Below are positions 30,225-39,557 of a stretch of 64,000 nucleotides of DNA, one piece after another; position 1 is the first letter of the stretch; every line of letters starts with the position of its first letter. The notes below the pieces were generated by a model. It was not told the origin of the DNA. It searched no databases and saw nothing but the letters and a program-made list of their open reading frames with translations. A program made the position numbers and the translations under genes. Source of the DNA: an uncultured Chlamydiales bacterium. GTDB taxonomy: Bacteria > Chlamydiota > Chlamydiia > Chlamydiales > Rhabdochlamydiaceae. The stretch lies in contig OY969554.1 of NCBI GenBank assembly GCA_963700985.1, forward strand, positions 1,152,001 to 1,216,000. The letters run 5' to 3'.

Positions 30225-31336
30225 GCGCGTCTCTTGAGACCGCCTAACGCCGCGGCGCCCAATCCAAAAACGAGGACGGCCAGCGTGAGGATAAATCCGA
30301 AGTATGGAAGAGATGCCAAGATAAAATAGAAAACTAGCCCCACAGCTAATGCTGTGAGCCGTTTCATATGAAAGTGTGAGCGCTTCAACACCTCTTCTGT
30401 TGCCCACAAAATCGAGAAAATTTTTGCTGTATAAAATCCAATTACGTTAAGTGCAATTAACGTGAGCGCAAAGGGCACTCCAAGAATAGTCATCAGCAGG
30501 AGCAGCGAGGCAAGCGGGAGCAAAATCAGCAGCGTAAGCCCATAAGTTAAGGCCTTTATCGGCTGGCGAGAGAGCGCATCGAGCGCGGCATCGACGTTTT
30601 TAGGAAAAAGACGCAGCAAGATCCATCCGATCACAAAACTATAGATGAAGTTCATCAAGATCACAGCCAGTTTTGAGCCAGCTAATAACTTCTGAATCCA
30701 CCCACCTTTGAACACGCGATGTACAAAAGAGGGATGATGGATAATTTCTCCGCCAATTTTTGCATCTGGTTCGATAATGGCGTCATTGCTACTTCGATAT
30801 TCTACATCGCCGGCTATTGCGGCCTTAGATGAGATGCGCATCTTGCCCACATAAGCAAACAAACGCTCTCCGATCGTGCCAGAGATGCGTAGAGAAGATG
30901 CAGAAACTGAAACATCTTGATCAATTTGAGACGCTAATTCAACACTTCCTGCTGCGCAGACTAAGCCACCTTTAATGCGCGCCGACTGAGCGAGATGGAC
31001 ATTTCCCCCAACAGCGGTAACATTGTTCCCAACACTCCCACTGATAGTTACCTGTCCTGCCAGCACGCGAATGTTATGGTCCACGCGCCCTGACATGTCC
31101 ACATTTCCACCACAGATCAACAAGTCGCCCTTCACATGCCCATCGATGATTATCTGAGAGGCCAGCACATAGACGTCACCTTCGACTGTCCCTGAAATTT
31201 CTACGCTATTTCCCATGGCGAAATAGTTGCCGTGATGCACGGTATCCGCCGATAGAGTTACTAAACCAGAAACACGTTCATCTTCGGCAAAGACCACCGA
31301 GGAAAAGAATAAGAGTGAAATGATTAAACGTAACAT
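30221..31336 (-). CDS. Bactofilin/polymer-forming beta-helix repeat membrane protein
   Basis: Signal peptide; repeated I.G.V.G[DN]V units; C-terminal TMs. Confidence 0.7.
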   Translation of the reverse strand: MLRLIISLLFFSSVVFAEDERVSGLVTLSADTVHHGNYFAMGNSVEISGTVEGDVYVLASQIIIDGHVKGDLLICGGNVDMSGRVDHNIRVLAGQVTISGSVGNNVTAVGGNVHLAQSARIKGGLVCAAGSVELASQIDQDVSVSASSLRISGTIGERLFAYVGKMRISSKAAIAGDVEYRSSNDAIIEPDAKIGGEIIHHPSFVHRVFKGGWIQKLLAGSKLAVILMNFIYSFVIGWILLRLFPKNVDAALDALSRQPIKALTYGLTLLILLPLASLLLLMTILGVPFALTLIALNVIGFYTAKIFSILWATEEVLKRSHFHMKRLTALAVGLVFYFILASLPYFGFILTLAVLVFGLGAAALGGLKRRA

Positions 31337-32346
31337 AGAACGCCTCTCTCCTCTTCTTTTTGCTGAAACACGCGCAGCTGCCTTTCAACCAAACCATGCA
31401 AGCTCTCTTTGCAAAGCAGGATCTCTTGTAAAAATCGACCCTCTTTAACACGTAAAAGCTGGCTGACCTCTTCGATATTGAAGAGTGTGATTTGGGGATG
31501 ACGTCCGATCTGTGGATCAACATTGCGTGGCACGCATAGATCGACTAAGAGACGGGTTTGAATGGGCTTTTCATTATTTAATTGCGCCGGTGTGATCAGA
31601 TAGTTGGTCTGATTTGTTCCGCAAATTACGACAGGAAAATCCTGCCAATGATTTAGCATCTGCCAGTCTATCAACTTAAGTTGACGATCAGAGTCTGTTA
31701 GTAGCTCCTGCGCGCTGTAGATCGAGCGTGTACAAAGCGTTAGGTTTTGCACACCCTTTCTTCTGAAAAATGTGAGGATTTTGCGATTAATGGCGGAATT
31801 TCCCACAAAAAGGACTGGGCACTGCTTATCTCCAAACTGTTCAAACAGGTGAAAAAGCGCTGATTCTATGCTGATGCTTCCCTTAGGGAAAAAAGTGGAA
31901 GAGCGAAGCTCCTTGGCAATCTTAAAACTTTTCTGGAAGAGGAAATGCAGTGCGCTAGGCAAAGAGGGACGATACAAAAGCGCATTTTCATAAGCCTTTT
32001 TAACTTGCCGCTGGATCTCGCTTTCTCCTAGGATAACACTGTCTAGGCCCGCCACAACCTTTGCCAGATGCGTAAAGCACTCATCGCCGAAATAAGAATA
32101 GAGATTGTGCTCAAATGGCGAATCGATCTCTTGGCGAAGCAATTGCAAAATCACACTATGCGTGACTGCAAGATCCAAACTACTGAAGTAAATCTCTGTA
32201 CGATGACATGTAGAAAGAAAAAGAAAGCCGAATTGAAGAGCATCTAAGGCTTCCGCGCCAAAAAGTTTGGACGTAGCTTTTGCTAGACGTTCACGTAGGG
32301 AAAGTTCAGAAGACTTAGCATTGATTCCAATCACTCCAACCCGCAT
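31324..32346 (-). CDS. hemA: Glutamyl-tRNA reductase (short chlamydial type)
   Basis: LSTCHRTEIY, GLDS.ILGE.EI..QVK, DL.VPRNVD. Confidence 0.9.
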   Translation of the reverse strand: MRVGVIGINAKSSELSLRERLAKATSKLFGAEALDALQFGFLFLSTCHRTEIYFSSLDLAVTHSVILQLLRQEIDSPFEHNLYSYFGDECFTHLAKVVAGLDSVILGESEIQRQVKKAYENALLYRPSLPSALHFLFQKSFKIAKELRSSTFFPKGSISIESALFHLFEQFGDKQCPVLFVGNSAINRKILTFFRRKGVQNLTLCTRSIYSAQELLTDSDRQLKLIDWQMLNHWQDFPVVICGTNQTNYLITPAQLNNEKPIQTRLLVDLCVPRNVDPQIGRHPQITLFNIEEVSQLLRVKEGRFLQEILLCKESLHGLVERQLRVFQQKEEERGVLCYV

Positions 32347-32457
32347 CGCAAAGCTCCTTTAGCTCGAAAAAAGAAACCTTACTAAACATAAAATTTCAGT
32401 TCGATGCAAGCAAGAATTGCATCTGGTGAGATTCGCAACAAAATTGAGTAGTGATAA

Positions 32458-32496
32458 AACTCAAACTCCACCCTGTTACGGTGTAGAGTTTGAGTT
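32458..32496 (-). terminator. Hairpin downstream of 32520-33065 gene
   Basis: AACTCAAACTC...GAGTTTGAGTT. Confidence 0.6.
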
Positions 32497-32519
32497 AGAG
32501 TTAAACGTGTCTACTGAAT

Positions 32520-33065
32520 CTATGATGATGCGGCTTTAGCTCCAATAATCGCACTGAGTACCGCGACTCCAACAAAATTCAATTTGTCGAGAGTAGCTCT
32601 AGCAAATCCTCCGCCTTGGTCTTGGGGTCTTCGATATTCCTTATGACCATAACCTCTCTCATTACCACCACAGATCTGATCGCAGCCGTTAGATGAACAG
32701 TACTCTAAGCCAGGAATTTCGCGAGTTTGGCCACAAATCTCGACTCTCATTGGATCTCGGTCTGTGCAACTTCTAAATAAACGGATTCCTGCGCAAGGAA
32801 GGCAACAGATGCCACAAAAAATAGAACCGACTATTTGCCTTAAACCGTCACAGCGTCGATCTGATAAGACTGTTACAACTTGTGGAAGAGTGTGATCCAC
32901 ATAATCTTGCGTATGTCCCTGCCAGTCGTCTCTTATCCATCTTCCTTTTTCTTCATCGCGCTGAGGTTGTTGCGTACCAGGTTGCGGCGCTTGGGCTACT
33001 CCTGCTCCTGGCATTACTGGTAATGGGGGCTCATAGCCTCCTGCTGCTCCTACTGGTGGTGCCAT
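32520..33065 (-). CDS. Pro/Cys-rich hypothetical protein with C-terminal hydrophobic tail
   Basis: 181-aa ORF; GGAGTAAGGG upstream; FCGICCLPCAG. Confidence 0.6.
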   Translation of the reverse strand: MAPPVGAAGGYEPPLPVMPGAGVAQAPQPGTQQPQRDEEKGRWIRDDWQGHTQDYVDHTLPQVVTVLSDRRCDGLRQIVGSIFCGICCLPCAGIRLFRSCTDRDPMRVEICGQTREIPGLEYCSSNGCDQICGGNERGYGHKEYRRPQDQGGGFARATLDKLNFVGVAVLSAIIGAKAASS

Positions 33066-33202
33066 ATTCCCTTACTCCTTATTTTTAGGGTTTTTCCGAA
33101 GCAGCAAAGGATATTCTGAGCATTAAATTTTTTACAAGAGATATTGAAGATTTTTTAAAGATTCGAATTGGCTCAAATCTCAACCTCTAAAAAAGTTAAA
33201 AA

Positions 33203-33799
33203 CTAGTCGTTGAGACAAGAGAGGATAGATTCGGTTTCAAAACCACGACGCTGCAAGGCTTGAAAGAGTTTGCCTTTTCCCTCACGTGTGCTCAGATCAT
33301 ATTTTTTAGATAGCTTAGGAATTAACGCTTTGATGCTGCTCTGCTGATCTTCTTTTTTAATACCTGTAAAGGGAAGTGCGCCTTCTTTATGCTTCAATTT
33401 GGCCGCGATCAGAAGAGGCCCCTTGCCTTTTCGCATTTCGCTTCTCACCATCCTTTCGCGCTGCTCAGCATCATTGAGATAGCCTCGCTCTAAACACTTA
33501 TCTATGACTTTGTCGATGGCAACCATAGAGAAGCCTTTTTGGGTAAGTTTTAGGCGCACTTCTTTGGAAAAATAGCTCTTTCTTGCTAGAAGCCTCAAAA
33601 TGCTTTTATAGGCACCTTCTTCTTCGAATTTTTGTAATTTCTCTTTCAATTCCATGAGGGAAAAGCTAGAGCGCAATTCGGACAACTTATTGATAAACAA
33701 ATTTTTGGGAATTTTGCGCCAGATTTCGCCTTCAACTTTAAGCTCGAGATAATCGGGCTCTTCTTCACTAATATTAATTTCTAAGTTCATAGCTACCAA
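33203..33799 (-). CDS. recX: Regulatory protein RecX
   Basis: LLARKSY...E...KL..KG, GYLND, KGP..I..KL, LQRRGF. Confidence 0.85.
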   Translation of the reverse strand: MVAMNLEINISEEEPDYLELKVEGEIWRKIPKNLFINKLSELRSSFSLMELKEKLQKFEEEGAYKSILRLLARKSYFSKEVRLKLTQKGFSMVAIDKVIDKCLERGYLNDAEQRERMVRSEMRKGKGPLLIAAKLKHKEGALPFTGIKKEDQQSSIKALIPKLSKKYDLSTREGKGKLFQALQRRGFETESILSCLND

Positions 33800-33892
33800 A
33801 TATTTACAACAGCCACCATCAAGCTTCTTGGCTCGATTTATACTAAGTTATTTAGGGGTTTTTTATTGCACACTAATTCTTTACAGGTAAAG

Positions 33893-34174
33893 ATGTATCT
33901 TATGGTAGATAAAATCCCGGGTTCACTTCCTCCCACTCCCCAAGGTCCGACACCACAAAGCGGACCTGCTGCACCTTTTTCTGGACAAACCAGCGAAGGC
34001 GGAGATCCTGCACTTGCCTCTTGGAGACAGATGTTTGGAGGACAAGCCTCCGATGCAGAAGTGAAACGCTGTATGGATATGGTGGTTAAAGATGCTGTCG
34101 ATCAGCTTAAAAAACAAGCTGCTAAGTCGCGTGAACTACGTAAAAAAATCCAAAAAGATCTTGAAGAAGGCTAG
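33893..34174 (+). CDS. Small hypothetical protein
   Basis: Pro-rich N-terminus and helical C-terminus; start uncertain. Confidence 0.6.
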   Translation: MYLMVDKIPGSLPPTPQGPTPQSGPAAPFSGQTSEGGDPALASWRQMFGGQASDAEVKRCMDMVVKDAVDQLKKQAAKSRELRKKIQKDLEEG

Positions 34175-34227
34175 AAGATCTTCCTAAGAAGCTTCTAATA
34201 CAAAGCCCGACGTGGTAAACTAGCTCC

Positions 34228-35142
34228 ATGTCTGACTCTACTGCTCAAATAATTTTTGTAAATCCTGAGGAAAAAGGGCTGCGGCTTGATAAGCTTCTCA
34301 CTGCCCGTTTTCCTAACTATTCGCGCACCTATTTTCAATTCCTCATTGAAAAGGGATGCGTTCTTGTGGGCGGACGTGCATTAAAAAAGCGGGAAGAACC
34401 CAAAGTCGGCGAAGAGATCGAGCTCTGTTTTCTTTTAACGCCCGAAATTTCGCTTACTCCTGAGAATATCCCCTTAGATATCTTATACGAAGATGAGCAC
34501 CTGCTCATCATTAATAAACCTGCCGGAATGGTGGTACATCCAGGCCCGGGTCATCCAACCGGAACTTTCGCTAATGCGCTCATCCACCACTGCCAAAATT
34601 TAGTCCCTGTTGATAGTTCTGATATCCGCCCGGGCATCGTCCATCGTTTAGATAAAGACACTTCAGGCGTCATGCTAGCGGCTAAAAGTCAGCTGGCACA
34701 TCAAAAACTGGTCGCACTCTTTTCATCTAGGCAGATTGAGAAATACTATCTAACTGTTTGTGTCGGTTCGCCCAAAGTAGAAAAGATCCAGGAGCCAATC
34801 GGCCGTCATCCCCGCCGCCGTCAAGAGATGGCCGTTTGTGAAAATGGAAGAGAAGCGATCACACTTTGTCGCGTGCTGGCAGAAAAGAACCCACTAGCCC
34901 TTTTGTCCATACAGATTTTAACCGGTAGAACACATCAAATCCGCGTTCATCTGAAGCACATCGGTCATCCAGTTTTAGGCGATTCAGTCTATGGTTCTGA
35001 TAGCATGAATCAAAAGTTTGGAGCAGCTCGCCAATTGCTACATGCCCATCGCCTTAAATTTCTTCATCCTTTCACTTCAAAAGTGATCGATATAACCGCC
35101 CCGATCCCTTCCGAACTTACCAATCTCGTTCCTCTCTCATAG
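34228..35142 (+). CDS. rluD: RluA/RluD-family pseudouridine synthase
   Basis: S4 domain RLDK, NKPAGMVVHP, GIVHRLDKDTSG, TGRTHQIRVH. Confidence 0.92.
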   Translation: MSDSTAQIIFVNPEEKGLRLDKLLTARFPNYSRTYFQFLIEKGCVLVGGRALKKREEPKVGEEIELCFLLTPEISLTPENIPLDILYEDEHLLIINKPAGMVVHPGPGHPTGTFANALIHHCQNLVPVDSSDIRPGIVHRLDKDTSGVMLAAKSQLAHQKLVALFSSRQIEKYYLTVCVGSPKVEKIQEPIGRHPRRRQEMAVCENGREAITLCRVLAEKNPLALLSIQILTGRTHQIRVHLKHIGHPVLGDSVYGSDSMNQKFGAARQLLHAHRLKFLHPFTSKVIDITAPIPSELTNLVPLS

Positions 35143-35237
35143 AGAGGTTAAAAATATAGATTTTATTTGTCGTTTTTCAGTATCGTCAACTATTGACTAA
35201 ACGCTTTTTGCTTAGCGAACTGGGAATTGCTCTGCAA

Positions 35238-35311
35238 GAAATTCACCATAGAGGGCACAGAGAGAGAAAAACAACGCTCTTTTTTACTCTGTGATCTATG
35301 TAGTTAATTTC
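35238..35311. repeat. Degenerate gene-less copy of the CACAGAG inverted-repeat element
   Basis: GAAATTCACCATAGAGGGCACAGAG...CTCTGTGATCTATGTAGTTAATTTC resembles arms at 56872 and 57446. Confidence 0.65.
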
Positions 35312-35348
35312 TTCAACCAATTCGCAATTTTAAAATAAGGATCGCGTT

Positions 35349-35621
35349 ATGAAAGAGTTTGTCGAATACATTGTAAAAAATCTGGTCGACCACCCCGATA
35401 AAGTGCGCATAAATGAAATCGGTGGAACAAATACACTCATCATCGAACTCTCTGTTGAAAAGTCTGATATCGGCAAAATCATTGGGAAAAAAGGCAAGAC
35501 CATCAATGCGATCCGTACCCTGCTAATGTCAGTGGCAAGCAGAAATGGCATTCGCGTTAATCTTGAAATCCTTGAAGAAGAAGGCGGAAAAGAAAGCGCT
35601 GCAGAAGAAAAGCCAGAATAA
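35349..35621 (+). CDS. khpA: KH-domain RNA-binding protein (KhpA/UPF0109)
   Basis: LVDHPD.V, DIGKIIGKKGKTINAIR. Confidence 0.9.
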   Translation: MKEFVEYIVKNLVDHPDKVRINEIGGTNTLIIELSVEKSDIGKIIGKKGKTINAIRTLLMSVASRNGIRVNLEILEEEGGKESAAEEKPE

Positions 35622-35644
35622 GCTTCGAATTTAAATTCGAAGCT
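35621..35644. terminator. Perfect 24-bp palindrome between convergent genes
   Basis: AGCTTCGAATTTAAATTCGAAGCT. Confidence 0.6.
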
Positions 35645-38272
35645 CTAGCTTTCAAGATGTGGAAGGCATGGAGAGATAACCGCTTTACGCGAGTTAATCA
35701 ATCCAGCTTCATATTTCAAAACTGCAATCGGTAAAGATGCTTTTTTAGCACGTATCCTTGAAACAGACGCAAAACTCTCTTTGAAGATCTCTTCATACAT
35801 ATTTGCGTTATCCCCCAAAAACTCTACTTCCATCTTGTGATTTTTGATCAGTGGATGCACACGCAAAGCATTGAGAAAACTATTCAAATGCGCGATCGCC
35901 AATTCCGTGTTAGGAATCCAGATCCAAAGTTCATCTTTATGCTTGTACTCTTGAGCAGCTTTGCCCGCATAAAGATCTTCGGCTCCGCTAATTGTGCTGA
36001 TCATGTGTAAATGCAGGTCGATTTCACCCTTCTCTTTACTGACCTGCAGTGCATCCTCATACCAGGCGGCACGTATGCGTCCTTGATGCTTCTCGAAGGT
36101 CGGAATGTTCTTAAGAAAAAGTTTGGTTTGACCTACGCGGCAGCAGCCATTCTGCTCTTTTGTATCCGCAAAGATTGTAGAGGGCAAGCCTCCTACACAG
36201 AACATCAAGTTATGCTCTACCATCTCTTCTTTCCCGCTATATATTTTGCGGTAGAGTGAATAGGTGTCGGTATCTTGTAAAATGTGATGAGCCGCAGCTG
36301 TAACAAACTTTTCGTCTCGAGGGATGTGATCGAAGGAAATAATCTCCATTTCTTTTCCTGAAATGAGCGATTTCAAACGATTCAAGAGCTCTGCAACACA
36401 TTCGACATCTTTGAAAGAGACTTTGGTGAGTAGATCAGTGTCATCGAAGATCGCAAAGAGGAAATGCAAGTATTCGATAATTTCACGCTGCTTATCCACG
36501 AAGTAATTTTTCTTTTTCTCGATGACTAAATAGCGTTGTAGCAGCCTCTGCAGAATACGTTTGTTCTTCGGTATGGTAAGATCTTTTTCTACTTCTTTTA
36601 TCTGAGCTTGAATCTCAGGCAGCGTCATTCCAGCCGTGCTATAGTTATCATTAATCTTGAAAGCGAGGCTGGCCACAAGCGTATTCGATGATTGCGCATC
36701 GGAAATAAGCGCCATAGGCGGAGAGAAGGTATGAATAGAACTCTTATGGTGATCGATTACGCTGATCACTTCGAGATAAGCGGGAATCTTGGTCTCATCG
36801 CGATTGCAAAAATCGCGCAGTGTGACAGTGCCTAACGTTTGCTTAACAAGTTCACTCGCATAAATGACTCCCAAGGGAATCAAACGTCCATCTTTATCGG
36901 CCGAAGTGACGGTTAGATAAGGGTAAGTCCCAATCTTGCTGCGCACCTCATTGAGATCGGCGTGCGGACTTAAAAAGTGTGCTTGCAAGCCAAAAACATC
37001 TGTTTTGATGCGAAGCGCTACATCCAAACTTTCGACATATTTCCCAATGTTTTGAATTGCATCATCGAGCGCATGGATGATTTTTTCGAGCTGCAAGAAG
37101 ATTTGCGGGCGGTTTTCCAGAAGATACCCGGCCTTATCGAACAGCGAACTTTTTTGGAGCGAGATCACCTGATCGATAAACTCTTGAAAATCGACAATCG
37201 AAAGCGCTTTCATGGCCAGCGCAAAATCTTCAAAGGTGCATTTCAACCCCTGCTTGACTTTCAGCACCTTAACTAGATACTTCTCAAAGTTTGCCTTCTG
37301 ATGCTCATTCAGTTTCTTAACAGGCTGCGTCTCATCTAGGCTGCTCTTAAAAAGAGACTGAAAAAAAGGTTCTAGATCTTTGGTCGAGAGCTTCTCTTTT
37401 GCAAAAAGTGAGATTAGTTTCGCGTGAAGATTATTCTCAAACCAGCGCAAAGCTTGGCTCAGCATCATAATCACCTGATGGACGCTTTCCACATCCATGC
37501 TGCGCCAATCGCCAAGGTAATAGCCGAGCTCATCGACTAAAATCACCGCATTGTGGCTTCTCTCGTGCTCAAGCGTAAGAGAAGATTCATGCGTTTCTTT
37601 TTTATACACGCCTTTTTGCGTCATTAAATCGAGGCTAGAAAGCGCCAATGAACTTTTTGTTTTAGCGAGATTTTGGAAAACATTCTCACCGAAAACTTCA
37701 TGAAAAAGAATTTTGATGTCGATCTGAGCAGGCGGTGTGTTTCCAGGTACGTTCCAAATGTGCATTCCCTCACCGACACGTGCCGCAAAGGCATCTACCC
37801 AACCCCAAAAAGAGGCCACAGTCGTATCGAGATCTGGAGAGGAGTGCGCCGTTACAAAATGGCTACCAGTGTATTTTTTGCCCATTCCAATTGGGAAGTA
37901 GGCTTGATACTCTTCACGGGGAAGATATTTACCTGCAATATGTGCACGTACTTTGTAGTTTTCTTCGGCAGAAATGCCAGAAAGCTGGTTGAGCCATAGT
38001 TCAAAATTAAAAAAAGCGTAAGAATCTAGCACGCGTTCTTGATTGATGCGATCGATAAAATCGAGGACCGCGCCTAAAAGAAAGCAAGGTTCGGAAGCTG
38101 ACTGGATGAGTTTGAGTAGAGCCCGTCCTACCTGCTCACTCTTGCGCATCTCAGTTAATTTTTTAAATTCAGGCGTTTGAAATTCTTTAAATACCTGATC
38201 GAGGTTTCCAAACTGGAAGCGTGAAATGACATAGTCGCCAAGGCTAGTTGGCTTATTTGAACTAGGCGTCAT
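35645..38272 (-). CDS. Large DHH-family protein related to family II (PpaC-type) pyrophosphatase, with insertions
   Basis: AHSSPDLDT, VIDHH, AIFDDTDLL, DTKE...RVGQ. Confidence 0.6.
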   Translation of the reverse strand: MTPSSNKPTSLGDYVISRFQFGNLDQVFKEFQTPEFKKLTEMRKSEQVGRALLKLIQSASEPCFLLGAVLDFIDRINQERVLDSYAFFNFELWLNQLSGISAEENYKVRAHIAGKYLPREEYQAYFPIGMGKKYTGSHFVTAHSSPDLDTTVASFWGWVDAFAARVGEGMHIWNVPGNTPPAQIDIKILFHEVFGENVFQNLAKTKSSLALSSLDLMTQKGVYKKETHESSLTLEHERSHNAVILVDELGYYLGDWRSMDVESVHQVIMMLSQALRWFENNLHAKLISLFAKEKLSTKDLEPFFQSLFKSSLDETQPVKKLNEHQKANFEKYLVKVLKVKQGLKCTFEDFALAMKALSIVDFQEFIDQVISLQKSSLFDKAGYLLENRPQIFLQLEKIIHALDDAIQNIGKYVESLDVALRIKTDVFGLQAHFLSPHADLNEVRSKIGTYPYLTVTSADKDGRLIPLGVIYASELVKQTLGTVTLRDFCNRDETKIPAYLEVISVIDHHKSSIHTFSPPMALISDAQSSNTLVASLAFKINDNYSTAGMTLPEIQAQIKEVEKDLTIPKNKRILQRLLQRYLVIEKKKNYFVDKQREIIEYLHFLFAIFDDTDLLTKVSFKDVECVAELLNRLKSLISGKEMEIISFDHIPRDEKFVTAAAHHILQDTDTYSLYRKIYSGKEEMVEHNLMFCVGGLPSTIFADTKEQNGCCRVGQTKLFLKNIPTFEKHQGRIRAAWYEDALQVSKEKGEIDLHLHMISTISGAEDLYAGKAAQEYKHKDELWIWIPNTELAIAHLNSFLNALRVHPLIKNHKMEVEFLGDNANMYEEIFKESFASVSRIRAKKASLPIAVLKYEAGLINSRKAVISPCLPHLES

Positions 38273-38315
38273 GGTCTTTCCGTTGCTTTAAGTCATTTAA
38301 GAAAAATTAGTATAA

Positions 38316-38388
38316 CGGATCGAGCAGGACTCGAACCTGCGACCACCCGCTTAGAAGGCGGGTGCTCTATCCACTGAGCTATCGATCC
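38316..38388 (-). tRNA. tRNA-Arg(TCT)
   Basis: GGATCGATAGCTCAGTGGATAGAGCACCCGCCTTCTAAGCGGGTGGTCGCAGGTTCGAGTCCTGCTCGATCCG; CCA not encoded. Confidence 0.96.
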
Positions 38389-38463
38389 AAAAAGAACCCC
38401 ATGTTATACCAAACACGAGTGATTTGTAAACATCTCTAAAAGATCATGGTTTCAAGACAGCTT

Positions 38464-39237
38464 CTAAGGAGATAGAGGAGAAGTTGGCGGGTATTCTTCC
38501 CTTCTTCGATAGACTGCTTTTCTATCTTCTTGTGGAATAGGCTTTGGATAATCCAATCTGACAATGTCTAAATTGACTTTATATCTTGGGAAATCTGAAA
38601 TAACTTCTTCAGCTACGCATTCGGCTGACTCACGATCCTCTTCTGAGATTTCGCCGTCATAGTAAAAATACAAATGAAATTCTTTATCTTTCCATTGAAT
38701 CATAGCTGCTCGAAGTGCAGGAGAGACGCTTCCTAATAGAGCTGTGTTCATTGATAAAACAGCACTCGTATAATTAATTTCCTGAAATTCATCATCGCTC
38801 TTTGGTGTTTGCTCTTGTTCAGATAATACGCTTTTCTTTTTCCCCCATTGCCTCTTTTCCTCTCCAAACAATGTACTCATCAACCCCCTCATGTACAACA
38901 TGCCAGCAGCCTTTTCTCTTCGCAGATAGACGATTTCACCTTCCCCTTGAGGAATGGGCTTAGGATAATCCCATCTGAGAATATCTTCTTTGAGTTGATA
39001 ATCAGGATAATCCGATATTACTTCTGTGCCTACACATTGAGCTGAATCACAATCGTCATCGGAGATTTCACCATCATAGTAAAATGACAAATGTATTTCT
39101 TGATCATCCCAATGAATCTTAGCTGCCCTAAGTGCAGGAGAGACTTCTAGCCATAGTGCTCTATTCATCGACAAAATTGCGCCAACTCGATCTATTTTAT
39201 GAAATTCACCGTTATTTTTTTGGTCTTGCGGGGACAA
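38464..39237 (-). CDS. Putative polymorphic-toxin immunity protein with two tandem homologous domains
   Basis: Two repeats of LSMN.AL...VSPALRAA.I.W.D.E.HL.FYYDGEIS.....A.CV..EVISD.P...DYPKPIPQ; acidic; overlaps the toxin stop. Confidence 0.65.
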   Translation of the reverse strand: MSPQDQKNNGEFHKIDRVGAILSMNRALWLEVSPALRAAKIHWDDQEIHLSFYYDGEISDDDCDSAQCVGTEVISDYPDYQLKEDILRWDYPKPIPQGEGEIVYLRREKAAGMLYMRGLMSTLFGEEKRQWGKKKSVLSEQEQTPKSDDEFQEINYTSAVLSMNTALLGSVSPALRAAMIQWKDKEFHLYFYYDGEISEEDRESAECVAEEVISDFPRYKVNLDIVRLDYPKPIPQEDRKAVYRRREEYPPTSPLSP

Positions 39238-39442
39238 TATGAGCTCCTTTTTTGCTATAATGAATCGTTCCTATAGTTGTAGCAAATTTTTCCTTGGTTT
39301 TTTCATCAACAAAATATCCAATAAATTCACCAAAATCAACTCTCTCGCGATAACCAGGTTCACCAAGCACTCCGGCAACTTTTTGTCCTTTTCCCGCATG
39401 CACTTTTAAAAGCTTTTCAGGCTCAGGATGAGTCCAGATTCC
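39212..39442 (-). pseudogene. Truncated C-terminal fragment of an Ntox50-like nuclease toxin
   Basis: GIWTHPEPEKLLKVHAGKG...ERVDFGEFIG...TT.GTIHYSKKGAHIVP; in-frame TAA immediately upstream and no delivery domain. Confidence 0.65.
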
Positions 39443-39557
39443 TTAATTATAATTTCTTATAAAAGAAAAAACGGCGCAAAAGTACTAAGGTTTGAAGTTT
39501 TTGTCAAACAGCTCACAGAGCTTTCAAAGATCGAAGGTCTGATTTTGAGACGGCTTC

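Noticed and set aside
38316-39442. tRNA-targeted integrative island
   Set aside because: Cassette lies on the 5' side of the tRNA; no integrase or duplicated tRNA 3' end seen
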